Assembly: GCA_002633005.1 (NCBI GenBank)
Contig: NMRA01000551.1
Span: 202,809 to 266,808, forward strand
DNA length: 64,000 nucleotides
Source: Phoronis australis
Lineage: Eukaryota > Animalia > Phoronida
Direction of reading: 5' to 3'
The notes beneath the pieces are model-generated. The model was not told the origin of the DNA. It saw only the letters and a program-made list of their open reading frames with translations, and ran no database searches. Shown here piece by piece: positions 23,690 through 36,500 of the stretch; position 1 is the first letter of the stretch, and each line of letters opens with the position of its first letter. Made by a program: the position numbers and the translations under genes.

Positions 23690-26574
23690 TAGGAATGACT
23701 TCTGAGTTTGCAACGGAGCTGTCCTTAAGACCATGCTCGAAGCGCAGAACATTCACGCGGTGGACATGTCGGCCAACTTGTAAAGATTGATCTCAACTGG
23801 AAGCAGGGTCAAGTGCCAAATCAACAATTTTGGCTGTTTTCCGAAATCCACTTGCAGAATCACTAATGAACTGTCATTAGAAGAAGCGATCCTTTGTCCA
23901 CAGAATGTTCTCTGTTTCTTTGTTTTATGACATACGTTAATCACAGGGCGTAGTTATGGATTGAAAATGTTGACTCCAACGCACGCTATCGGAAATTCTC
24001 ACACGCGCACCCTGGTATACCGTTCATGCATTGATGGCTCTGAAGTCAAATGCAACCTTCTTTAGCCTGTCGCGCTTCAGCAGTGGTCTCGAGCGAGTCC
24101 CAGCCCGTACCAGCTAGTCTTACTAGTTGCAGATCTACCGACCTATACCTGCGAGCGGAAAGGACTAGACTATCTCGGATTAGCAGTGATGTCAGTTGAT
24201 TCACAATTATAGCCCTTCAAATTCCCCACACATTCAGACTTTTGAAAATTTTGTAACCGATGCCATTCTAGTGCCCTTCTCTGGTTTTCTGTGAAGTAGA
24301 TTAACCTTGATTTCGTCACTGACTCAGTCAGCGACTGACCAAACTTTCTCAAGAAGCTTTCTGCAGACGTAGCTATCCATTTGTTGATTATCTCCCTCCC
24401 CCTCCACGGTGATTGCACCGCAGATTCTTCAGTAAGTTGCAATCCGCAACTGAGTTTGAATTTTTTATTAATTTATTTTAAGTTATTAAGTGTCAAGTGT
24501 TGAAGCGCTAAACCCGTGCTTTCTGCCAAAAACAGCTTTAGTGATTTATGTCAACAACTGTTATAAAAATGGTTCCATCTTATTCCTTACCAAGTTTAGA
24601 AACTATCTCTGGCCTCGGAAAAATCGAAAGCTCGTTGCTGCTTCAGAATATGTGAAATAAGTTTCAGGTCACGGCGTGAACGTTTCAGTTCTGAAATCTA
24701 AAGTTCACATACGCGCACCCAGCCTTCAATATGGCGGCTCGAATTCCTGGCAATGTGGACCTTTTACTAATAAAATAGTCGATCGACTAAAAAAAGTAAC
24801 CGCGGAGCTGTACGTGCTGTGAATTGTGCGTTTGCACCTTTTTATTGGACTTTTATCTCGTTTTCACGGACTTTTTGTTTCTCTGAGGCGAACATTTTTC
24901 CCCACTTCGCCAAATGGGGGGGGGCTTGTTCGAGCCNNNNNNNNNNNNNNNNNNNNNNNNNNNNNNNNNNNNNNNNNNNNNNNNNNNNNNNNNNNNNNNN
25001 NNNNNNNNNNNNNNNNNNNNNNNNNNNNNNNNNNNNNNNNNNNNNNNNNNNNNNNNNNNNNNNNNNNNNNNNNNNNNNNNNNNNNNNNNNNNNNNNNNNN
25101 NNNNNNNNNNNNNNNNNNNNNNNNNNNNNNNNNNNNNNNNNNNNNNNNNNNNNNNNNNNNNNNNNNNNNNNNNNNNNNNNNNNNNNNNNNNNNNNNNNNN
25201 NNNNNNNNNNNNNNNNNNNNNNNNNNNNNNNNNNNNNNNAACTCTGGCCTGGTCCGTCACGAGACCAAAAGTACACCTGTGGTTGTTATCCCTATAAAAT
25301 AGTCGATCTGTCGCGGGACCAAACAGTACTGGCTGAGATAAATAGTTTTACAAAGCACACTTTGGTAAAAAACATCACAAGTCTAGTTCGCCGAGGGACC
25401 AGAAGTACACTGGAACTCGATATCTACACAAATCAAACTGGCCTGGTCCGTCGCGAGACCTAAAACGTACTTTGCAAAAAATTTTGAATTGAAAACTTCT
25501 CTTCAGACACTTTTTAATCCCCAGTGGATGGTCATAAGTGTAGTTCATACATCTGGTGGTCAACTGCTGCGAGAGGTTGTCGCACCGTTCTGTAGTACTC
25601 ACTGGAAGAAACAAGTATCGAGTACAGATTTAACTATGCACTACGTGAAATAAGATTTTGGATATGAAGAAGATAGACTCAAGTGGAAATACAAGCCAGA
25701 ATCAGTTTCTGTGCTCTCGTAGACCCTCTGCTGTACTGGGTAAATTTGGCATGACCAAAAATAATTTCTATTTCGTTTTCATTGTACACAAGCATAAAAA
25801 ACCGACATTATTACAAACTGTGTATAATTATAACTTATTACCTGGGTGTTTCTCCGGGAACGTTGGTCCTATCTTTCTGTTGTCTATACTGCCGAGGAAT
25901 CTGTACATCGGATCCAATGTTTTTGCTGCTCTTGGAACCATTCTACCCAGACATCTTTGACGTTTGTTCCCAAAGCTTGCACTTCGTCAACTGCTATGTC
26001 AATGAGCTTGTACGCCTCTACATTGTCAACATCTCGTTTCGCAGCTCAGTTGGCACTAAGCCCCCTGAGATAAGCAAGTCCATTCAAAAGACTTAACTAA
26101 ATTCGATCCGTTCATCATGGACTACTTCAAACCTTGACGATGTATCCCAGGACCCATTTGCATCTCTTGCAATTTTCGAAATAAACGTCCCAATGTCTGA
26201 ACGCTTGAAACCTGAAGTACTAACATCAAATAAATGCCGATGGGCATGGGCGTTTCTTCGGGTGCGCCTTTCTGTGGAAATTCCCAGTATAGAAAACAGA
26301 AGTGGTGCTTATTGCAGGTAGAAAGACGGTAGGTATTGAGGTCGGCACTAGGGCTCCTAAGGAGGCCTGTTGAACATCGCACGACTCCCGCAAGACTTTG
26401 TTGTGAAAATACAGCCTCCCCGCAATTTCTGGTACTGCACACTGTTCGCGAATGCGGTCACTTTGTCAATGTGAGTGCCCCCTTGGTCATTCCTTGTATA
26501 GACATAACTTGTTAGAGTGCATCTTCAAACAGACTCGCGACCAGACCACGGCGCAGGCCACAATAGCAATTCTT
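23690..26574 (-). pseudogene. Possible decayed, spliced protein-coding gene of unknown family
   Basis: Protein-like frames broken by stops and frameshifts at 25841-26574 and 23690-24450, with cag|gtaata donor at 25840 and aaactcag acceptor near 24450. Confidence 0.3.
24708..24936 (-). mobile_element. MITE family A, copy 3 (reverse orientation, runs into a gap)
   Basis: catacgcgcacccagcc terminus; tttttgtttctctgagg is the reverse complement of the family core. Confidence 0.75.
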
Positions 26575-26936
26575 NNNNNNNNNNNNNNNNNNNNNNNNNN
26601 NNNNNNNNNNNNNNNNNNNNNNNNNNNNNNNNNNNNNNNNNNNNNNNNNNNNNNNNNNNNNNNNNNNNNNNNNNNNNNNNNNNNNNNNNNNNNNNNNNNN
26701 NNNNNNNNNNNNNNNNNNNNNNNNNNNNNNNNNNNNNNNNNNNNNNNNNNNNNNNNNNNNNNNNNNNNNNTAATTTTTGGGTCCTGGCCCGAGGGAGGGG
26801 GTTTAAACCACCTGAACCCCCCCATAGATCCGCCACTGGTAATGAAACCACAATGCTTGAATTGTTGACAACTTGAACAGTCTTGAAAACGACGTTAAGC
26901 GCGCCAAACATTGTCCCTTCCTGGTAAAGTCTTCCA

Positions 26937-27172
26937 GGGCCCCGTCCCAAGAAAACTGACTGAGCTAAGACAGATCTTAATGTTCAGTCAATTTTACGAT
27001 AAGACTTAAATTTGTCTCGAAGATCGTTTCAAAAGGAGATCTTAAGCTCGATTTAAGTTTTGTCCTAATTTTGATTATCTTATCAGTTGTAGAAGTTTCA
27101 AAGTTCGGAATTTGAAACAAATCTTTGACTTAAGTAAAAAATAAACTTTAGTCAGTTTCTTGCAACGCCTCC
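26937..27172. mobile_element. Degenerate PIF/Harbinger-like MITE
   Basis: gggccccgtcccaagaaaactgact ... agtcagtttcttgcaacgcctcc imperfect TIR. Confidence 0.45.
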
Positions 27173-28249
27173 TTTTCTCAACCAAGTCAATTCTTTCGAA
27201 GTCCTGATATTATCTCCAATTTGACTAAGGAACAATTTGGTAATGTCTTCCCGATGATCGGGGCCTACCATTTAACTTTAAAGTGGTCCTTAACGGAGAG
27301 AGGCTCTGATGACTGCGGATAACATCATTGACCTCTCATTTTCAGTTTTCGAAATTTCTGAGATCATTCAAGACATTCCTGGCACTCCTTTCCAGTTACC
27401 GATTTAGTGTCCAATATTCATGACCACTCTTTTCCATTTTTCTCTTTTTTATTGATATCCTTTTCTCTTTTTTATTGATATCCTTTTACCTAAAGGGGTC
27501 GCCTTCGCGGCGGGCGACCCGATGATACACTCAATTGCTACTCTCGCGTTTCCGTAACATCACGATACATCCTTTATCTCACAGAAGGAAATGCACAGCC
27601 AAGGATAGCTGCACCTTTCCCCTCCGGCGTTAACAACTACTCACGTGGGAGCGTTGATAAATTTCAGTGTGGCCGAGAAAACCATAAAACATTTTTATGC
27701 GAAGCACAACGGCGCTAACAAATGTGGCCCAAACAACCACAAGACTTTTTATGAATTATACAAAGACATTGTTCCCGATTATTTTACAAAGACAAAAACG
27801 TCAATACTTTTGCCCAAAGAATTCCAAGAATAGCGTCGTTACTAGGAAAACATTATTTACTATAAGTTGTTTTTGGAATATTGTCTGATTATGTGTAAAT
27901 TTTATTCAGATTTCAAAATGTTTAACATATTGAAAATCATACACAGTTTTCTGCAATTTTTTTTTGGAAAGTCAAAGGGATATCTATTTTATTGCCTAAA
28001 CATGAAGCGCATTTTTGAATTATTGTTGGATAGGATAAACTCATTTGGTCAGAGCTACAAAATAACAAAATTCGATGTGTTTACGCGATTTTATTACAAA
28101 TCGCTAATTCTCGCTATTATCCGCCAGGTCGTGACGTTCGTTGAAATCCTGGCCAGCAGTGACTTTACAAGTAAGGTTGTAATCGCCCCGATTGGCTGGC
28201 TAAAAACGAAAATCGAATCATCTCTTTATCAGATAAAATCGGTATATAA

Positions 28250-28441
28250 TAGTCCTTACCGTGATAGGATTCCATTTTAGTAGCCAACTCACGTCACAAG
28301 CAACTCGCACGTGCGCCATTTTCGAATTCGCTGATTTTAGGGTTGACTAACCCCAAGAAACTCTGAAGAGTTTTCTTGAGTCGCTTACGGTTTCGATGAA
28401 ATTCAAGGTATCGGAAATAGAATCCTATCATATGGAGAGTA
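28250..28441. mobile_element. TA-flanked MITE; second copy in opposite orientation from about 30601
   Basis: Imperfect TIR tccttaccgtgataggattccattt / aaatagaatcctatcatatggaga; internal gggttgactaaccccaagaaactctgaag appears reversed at about 30668-30700. Confidence 0.6.
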
Positions 28442-28459
28442 GTGTCAAGGTGTGCAAAG

Positions 28460-28688
28460 CATGCGAGCACCCGGGAGGGGGCTCGGGGGGCTCGAACGAG
28501 TACCAAAAGTGGGCAAAAAGGTCTGCCTCAGAGAAACAAAAAGTCCGAGAAAATGAGACAAAAGTACACTGAAAAAGCACAGACGCACAGTGAAGGTGGT
28601 ACCCCCTTCCGCTTTTTTTCCAGCAAAAAGTCCATATCGCCAGAAATTCGAGCCCCCCCCCCCCTATTAAAGGCTGGGCGCGCGCATC
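28460..28688 (+). mobile_element. MITE family A, copy 2
   Basis: TIRs catgcgagcaccc / gggcgcgcgcatc; perfect 5-bp TSD CAAAG; shares aagtgggcaaaaaggtc..cctcagagaaacaaaaa with copy 1. Confidence 0.8.
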
Positions 28689-31394
28689 CAAAGAACCAGC
28701 ACTTCATTCACTTTGTGACGTCGCGACAAGTCATCTTGCAGAGCCTGATCTCAAGCAACAACGAACAGTCTATTGTTTTGAAGCCCAGGCTGAGATCATA
28801 AGGTACAATTTGAGACCAATTTCATAAGGGTGAGTGGTTTATAGCAAAACTTGATTGTGTGACGAAGAAAGCGATTTTATCGCCACGTTAACCATGCTAC
28901 CCCTTGGCTGAACCAGTATTCATATCAACACGAAATAATTATGAAAATTTCTTGGGGTAGGGTACAACCCTCTCTCTCTCCTAGATTCCCGCTCAGGAAA
29001 GCAACTATTACTTCTTAGAAGAAAGATCTTGTAACGCAACTACTCGCAGAGAACTCCTCAGTTCAACTGGCACATCGTGTGCGTGTGGCTTTTGTTTTTA
29101 TATTGGGTTGGCTCAACATGTTAACGTAAAAAGTTCGGGGGTTTCTGATTATCAATTAATGTTCTAAGAAACTGATGCTTCAGTGAACTTTAGAGCCACT
29201 ACGGGAACGGTCATTGGCAACAACCGAGGAGGGTAAACGATCATGGCGAGAGGGGAGAATTATAAACTGCAAAAGACGGGGCAAAGGGTGTCTAGTGCCT
29301 GTGTGCAGCACAGTTTGAGGAAGTCGGATGTCGGATTTCTACAGAACTTCCTTTGTAAATCTAACCCTAAGTACGTCGTCACTGAGTTGACATTTTCACC
29401 AATTAAACCTGAAACTGTACAAAAATAATACCATGTTGTGTACATGTAATGCCACATCTTTTGCAACATAGATGGAATATAGATAACGTTAAACCCCCTT
29501 CTTCTGTAACTTTTTTGTATTTGGAAATGAACCAAGGCTTGCAAAGTATCGAATTCCCAAAGTGAACACTTTCCGTAGGGAATGAAATCAGAAAGGAATG
29601 GGATATTGTCAGAAAAGGAACCTTTGCGCATGCGTAGGGAAATTAATCGTCAAAAAGTGACTCATCTGAGGGACCAGTTGGCTCTGGTATGGCCGGGAAG
29701 GCTTCCTCTCACTGGGAACTGAAGCCAGGGCAGTGCCGGCCTGATACGTCGAGTTGATGTTGTACATCGTCCGAATATCTTGAATGACACCGTGGAGTAA
29801 AACTGTCAATGATTTCTACTGAGCCGATGACTAGACTTCATCAGAATATATGTACCGCAAGATTTGTTCGTTCACTAGCATGTCAACTCGTTTACCGCTG
29901 CTATAAAAACTACAATCTGCTTGGTGACTGAAAACTCTTGAGCTAATTTCTTCCCTTTTTTGAACCAGCTTAATTGTAAAAAATATTTTCCGTGACTAAA
30001 ATATGTCTTATAACTGTCCAGTGTCGTTGTCAATCTTGCTGTGGTGGTCAACAGTACAATAATGTGTAGATACAATTGTATATTGTAGGGCGCATTTTTG
30101 GTGAAACATACCATCACTGTATAGCTATGATATTCCATTGACACAACTTGCTTTCTTGGGTCAATTTGGCCAAGCTGAGTCACACGCTAAAATTTTAACC
30201 ACAGTATTACAACTTGCAACGCTGATCCAAACTGTCTTCAGAGGTTGTCGTCACAATTTGGACCTCCATAACGCATAATCAGAATTCTGGAGGCATTTTG
30301 AAGGCAGCTATGTATATGCATTCCCCGAAGTTTTATCTTCACTTCATGTGATCCACATTCTCAGCGGGGTGGGGCATTAGAATAAACAACGCAAACCGTG
30401 CCAACAGTTTCTATTTTAGTATGTAAAATTCTCGGTTGTGTGCTCATATTAATATCATTGCACACTTTAATAATAAAATAATTCCAAAATCCAAACTAAT
30501 TACACTTAGAAAATACCCGTATGCCAAGAAATATTACAGCTGCATTTCGCCTCTTTTGAAAAACGGAAAACGAATTAGGATTTTTACTCTCGTCTCGTCG
30601 TATTCCTTACCGTGATAGGACTCTATTAAAGTTACCAACAAGGATATGGAAAACTAAAAAAAAAACACTTCAGAGTTTATTGGGTGTTGGCCAACCCTGA
30701 AGCTACATTGAAAATGGCTGATGTCGCACTCGGGCGTCGATTAGGCACGCCCCCGTGATGAGACTATTCATCGTTCTATTTGGGAGCACCTCCACCCCAA
30801 TCAGAGCTGTTCGCAGAGGCTGAATGGCGAGTTGCTCTCAAAGTGATGATCAACATGGCAGTGTTGCATATCATTTTTTTGTAGAACCACTCATGCAGAT
30901 ACCAAAATATTTACCGAAACTATCGCCTTCAACAAGGAACTAACTCATGCTGAAAGCTGACTATAATGCCATGGTTGAGGATGGCGGATATTGTTCTGCG
31001 TGTGCTTACGGTCCCGTTTAGAGACTGCAAAGTCAGTTTTCTTAAGTTCGGCTGTAACAACATCATCTCTTGTGACTATGATTGCTGCACTACGATAACG
31101 CTTGTGCTCTCATAACAATTTACAGAAAAGCTGCATCTGTTTATGTCACGTGATTTAAATATTGGGTCACAAACTGTTGTTTTCGTGTTGTGACCCTCTG
31201 AAAATTAGTTCATTAAGAAAAACTATTTGTGTTCAAAGGTTTATCTGCTATGCCAACTATTTGTTCAAACAGCTTGTTCCGTGACTTTCCAGCTTTGGTG
31301 TGATACAAATGAACGTTTTGCCACCTTAACTAATATTTTAAGGTCACTGACACTCTGAGAAAGCGTAAGAATATACGTGGGATTCCAATGCACT

Positions 31395-31525
31395 ACTTTT
31401 CTTCCATAATGGCGGCGTTACTTTCTGAAATTTGTTTTCGTGGTCATTTTTGATCTGACAACGCCTAGGGACGGGTATAGGTCCCCAATATACCTATCCG
31501 AAAGGAGAGACCAAAGCTTGTAAGT
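31395..31525 (+). promoter_or_regulatory. Candidate TSS / non-coding first exon of the zinc-finger gene
   Basis: CpG-rich zone ending near 31.9 kb, YY1-like ataatggcggc at 31406, donor-like tt|gtaagt at 31520. Inference only. Confidence 0.35.
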
Positions 31526-33079
31526 ATAGGACCATCCAGTAGTGTGAAACTTTGAAATTGATTGTCGGAGAAATGAATCGGGGTTGTCAGTCGCGTTTTT
31601 TGGCTCTTATCCATGGGCACCTGCAAGCGTTTCCTTTTTAACCTAAATACGAATGTTTGCAAAGATCATACTAGCTTACCTTTCATGATTTTTCTGCGCT
31701 TTCGTGTTGCCATATATATTTGTCATTTCTGTGCACCCTTGCTTTTTATCATGTCAATCTCTTTTTGCAAATGAAAAGCACCATTGGCTGTCTGACCTGC
31801 GTTCTGTCGCGTCGTCTCGTCCCGGGGTGAGAAACAAACAAGTACCTCATGTTTCTACCTTTTTACTTATCCAGTGAATTCCTTGTGTGTATATGACAGA
31901 ATATACACTATTCTGTTGAAAATTTTAACAAAACACGCACCTTCCTGTATTGTTGGAGTTAAGAAATTAGAGTAAAAGCACGACTGTGGTACTTCATTTT
32001 GACCATTTACGTGTATATACACTGAAGTGGTACTACCCATTTTCCTCAGTCATGTGGTATCTAAAAACCACAATTAGGAATTTGTTAAACATTCATCACG
32101 AATGTTTCTCATCTCAAGTTTATTGATAAGCTTTCCCACTGCGCTTGATTGTTTCAGTTGTCAAGCCATTACTTGAAGTTGATGAAACTGAAAGTAGCTG
32201 TACCATTAAGAATTGTTTCTGGTAAAACCCACTGGTTCTTATTAATTGTTTGTAAATTAATAAGTGGTATCAGCATAATCTATCAGTTTGTGAAAAATTA
32301 AAAGCAAGTCGAAAATAAACTAAAAAAAAATAGAATACACATTTTAGACTTCAGTACAAAATAGTTTCCACCTATCTTAAAAACCTAACTGTTGCAAACT
32401 GAACCTATAAATAATAAGTAGAAGCCCCTTGTCAACCCTATAGCCTGTGTCTTACTGGGACTAACAACAAGTTACGAGGGAGCGAATATCTGGAAGAGGA
32501 TTTCCAAAATGTGTTCAAATCCTTGACAGTGATTTTCATTCTGTTCACCAGTTGCTGTTGTGATGCTGCAATTCATGACTTTCAAGTATATTGCAAAGAT
32601 AGTTTGAACATTTTCCTTGCAAAACAGGGTCCCCCTGATAACTTTCATTTATTTTTTTAACATGCATCGGAATACTCAAGAAATGTACGACAACTTTGTG
32701 AGGTATTTTACAACCAGTGTTAAACTAAATTGTGACTGCGGTGTCAGTCGTGTGATCGTTGTAGTTGCCAAAAATCCTGAGTTTTGTCATAGAAGTGTCA
32801 CGTGGCATTTGCACAACATGGATGGTTAACTGTTCCTTGAACTTTGTGAAGTAAGAAGACAGTGCCATTCCAGGACAGTATACTTTTCGCAATAGTGTCT
32901 CTAACTTTCCCTAGCCTTTTGCAGACCAAAGCAATATAAGCTAGGTTCAATGGGACCTTTTGTGATTTGAAGTTAAGCAAACCACTTCGTAATGCGGTTT
33001 TGAAATATTAAGCACTTTTTCATACAATCTAAGATTGTAGGCTAATGCTGCAACTGTTTCAGGCCAGGCAGTAGTGGCG

Positions 33080-33193
33080 ATGGAGTCCCAGTTGGTTTAT
33101 CCATGTGATTTGTGCCAGAAGTACTTCTCGTCCACCCTGTACAGAGACAAGCATCGCCAGCGGCACTTTGACAACAACATGCAGTTGGCAAAG
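33080..33193 (+). CDS. First coding exon of the C2H2 zinc-finger gene (MESQLVYPCDLCQKYFSSTLYRDKHRQRHFDNNMQLAK)
   Basis: Acceptor tttcag ends at 33062, ATG at 33080, complete C2H2 finger Y-x-C-x2-C-x3-F-x8-H-x3-H, donor AAG|gtaggg, phase 0. Not in the ORF track. Confidence 0.8.
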
Positions 33194-33334
33194 GTAGGGA
33201 GACATGAGTGCACTTGACTGATTGCGTAGGACTGATTGCTGTTACTGTCCTCTGGGGACAAGTTATTGCAAAATGCTAACATAAGTCCTTCTTCACTGTA
33301 AGGATTCAAAAAGTTAAAAGTGGTCCTTTTTGTC

Positions 33335-33526
33335 ACCCCTTGCAAAGGAGAGTCTACATCTCAGAGACCCCTTGCAAAGGAGAGTCTACATCTCAGAGAT
33401 ACCTTGCAAAGGAGAGTCTACATCTCAGAGACCCCTTGCAAAGGAGAGTCTACATCTCAGAGACCCCTTGCAAAGGAGAGTCTACATCTCAGAGACCCCT
33501 TGCAAAGGAGAGTCTACATCTCAGAG
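33335..33526. repeat. Minisatellite, 32 bp x 6 (accccttgcaaaggagagtctacatctcagag)
   Basis: Direct reading; intronic, about 140 bp after the first zinc-finger coding exon. Confidence 0.97.
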
Positions 33527-36500
33527 ACTATCTTGCATATAATGGGTAGGTAGTCAGGGCTATCAACTGTTACAATTTAGACATATTTTACCTAGACGTA
33601 GAGCAGAAAGGTCGTTGCGTGTGGGCTTTAAAAATGTTATGGATTTTGAACATTTAATTCTTTTTAAACAATGTTTTTGAAGCAAGATGAATGTTCAGGC
33701 AGAAATAAATAGTGTAAACAGCCGAGAGTTCATGTTTGACCAATGATATATATCGAAAGTACTGGCATATTGGGCTTCCCCTTTTGTGATGTGCTAAGTG
33801 TAATGATTGACTAATCAAAAACACACTGACTTAGCTTGGCATTGTGGGATACTATCTTGGAAATCATCAAAATGTCGAACACAGATTTTCGGAGATGATT
33901 ACATTTAGGAAACTGGGAAAGAAATTCACCATGTTGTTGAGAAATCATGGAGATTTGCTGAAACCTGTCAACTGGTGGAAATGAATCAACTATGCCAACA
34001 GCAATACAGCAAAGAGACGAGCTGAGATTTTAATGAAGCATTTTTAGTTGAATATGATGGATTTTTGTTGGCTTTGTGGTGTATTATGCTATCTTTTGGA
34101 AACAGTACAAGTTTTTTCTCTCAATGTATGGTCTTTTAGCTTGAAGTTTACAAAGGGGTTGGCATCCCTGGGTAAGGGAGTACGGTTTTACATTCAAAAT
34201 CAAGACTTAATGCATTACATAAGAAACCTGTAAAATGCGTACTCAAGACAATACCAAATGATGGAAAATCCCACGCAAATCAATATGACTTTCCATGCAG
34301 CAGAGGTCATCGGCCCAATGAATCCAGAGCCCTCACTCACCTGAGGGGAAAGGTGCCTGTACCTTCTAAAAAGAGAATTTTCATGACATTTTTACCAAGA
34401 TGAGAATTTTCGCGTCGTTTTATACTTAGAGGGGATTTTTTGTGTTGTTTAGTTTAGTGCACTAACATTACTTTTTATGCTTTCTCCAATAAGCATGTAT
34501 CAACTTTAAGTTGAACAATAAAAAGTAAGTCACTGTTACATCTATCAGTTTTTGTACAGTAAGCGAGTGAAGACCACCTGTTGTCACATGGCTGATTCAT
34601 TTGCCTTCGGCGGCCATTACTGTTGTGACACTGCTTAGCTTATGCAGGCAATACCACGACTATGGTTCATTTTCGCAGAATCACAGAACAATAGAGTTGT
34701 TAGTAAACATCCATCAAGGAAAATTACTTTCAAAACTAGCTATGATATATGCCAACATTACTAAGACCTTAAGGAAAAAGTGAGTTGAGCAATGTTTGTA
34801 AGGAACAGACCCCCACCTTGTGCCACAGAACCCACTTTACTGGCACAATAATGAAGGGTTTTAGCTAAACATTATTTTAAATTTCTCATAACAGGGGATA
34901 GTGTTGCGCATCCTCTAATTTGACCATTCAGTCCTTCTTCCACCGTAGTGAATAGACAAGAAGAGCAATGCTTAACTGAACTTAGCTGAAGTGTTGTTGA
35001 CCTCAGTGCCAGTGAATATTCCTGGTGAACTATCTGTTCAAACATGGTCTGCTTGAGACTGCTTCTGAGAGGAGTGCACAGCAAGTTAATCAGTCAAAAG
35101 ACACTTTCCTGTGTATGTTTCTATGCTCCGTCGCATGGGTTTTTGTAATTCTCTTGTAGAACTTGTTTGTGTTCCATTTTAAGTCGCAGACAAACAGGAG
35201 TTGTCTTTTAGTTTTGTGTTTTCAATACGCAAGAGTTAAATAATGAAAAACTGGTTCTAGCACTCCTGTATGTGGTACTTGCTTTATATGGAAACAAATT
35301 TGTGACATTTCTGATATCTCATGGCCTCGTGATTAAAGTCATTAGATTTGAATACAATATTTTAAGGTAGTCTGAGGTTAAAACCACGAAGGGAATTTTT
35401 TGACCTGATAACGGAAATTTTGCGTGATTTTTAAATATTTTTGAGAGGGGGAATGGGGCTGATATTCATCCCCAATTTCGAGTGATCAAAGGCTCTGGAA
35501 TCTGACGGTGGCTGATTTGCAGATGTAATTCATGTCATCCCTGTTTCCTCATCAAGTTAGGTGTTCAGAATGGGGAACAGCAAAATGTTTCACAAAATTG
35601 TAAAGAGGACCACGCCCTGTGTTTTGGCCATAAGTGTTAGCAGATATATTTAGGTCACATCAAGGCTATTAGGTGTACAAAAAATTATGAGATCCACAAA
35701 TTTTGAGAAATGTAACTTGGCGATGACTATACATTTTACATCTTTAGGACACTCAATTAAAGAAAATTGATACGACAATCAAAATTTAAAAATTTAAGTA
35801 TGTTTGTCAATGTTTGAGCATAGTATCTAAAAACTTAGCATGCTCAAAACAGAACACAGCATTCTCTGTCAAGTCACTTTTTTAATCTGATTCACCCCGA
35901 GGGCCAGATGTGTGAGTTTTTAAGCTTTTTGGGGGAAAGAATATTTATGGATGGTATCTGGAGTGCCGATGGAGAGATTTCATTGAAACTTGACATGGAG
36001 GTATGTGATGGCTATGTGCCAGGACCAGTTGATATTTGGGCGCATTCCACATCTACAGCATCCCCTAGGGGGTTTTTCAGCCATACTTTTGGAGGGTAAG
36101 AGCAGTTCCGGATGATGTCTAGAGAACAAGTTGGCGGATTTTAATGAAACTTGATACAGAGGTTTTGATAACAATGCACGGGCACCTGTAAATTCATGAA
36201 AGTCCAGGTCTATACTGTGATGAGTTAGGTCTTGGGATAAATAAATTGAACTGGGACCAAAAGTCCAAATGTCTTAACTTGCTTATTGCTGATCTCCCAA
36301 TACTTTCCAATTCATTGCGTAGGCTTTCAAACTCGACGCCATTAAGGCAAACTCATCATGACAAAATTCAAACTCATCCCAGTGACAAGTCAAAACATGT
36401 GAACTCTGGAATCTATTCCATTCCCATACTAGAAGTCATGTGATAGACAAGCTGGTATGCCCTGCTGTGTTGGGACCTCCAACTTGTGAGAAGAGTGCCA

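Noticed and set aside
29609-29830. GC-richer, exon-like minus-strand segment
   Set aside because: No recognisable homology and no canonical donor at the expected position.
33320-33553. Three overlapping repeat ORFs
   Set aside because: Artefacts of the 32-bp minisatellite in an intron.
35320-35395. tRNA-like A/B boxes
   Set aside because: Too degenerate to fold a cloverleaf; at most a decayed SINE head.
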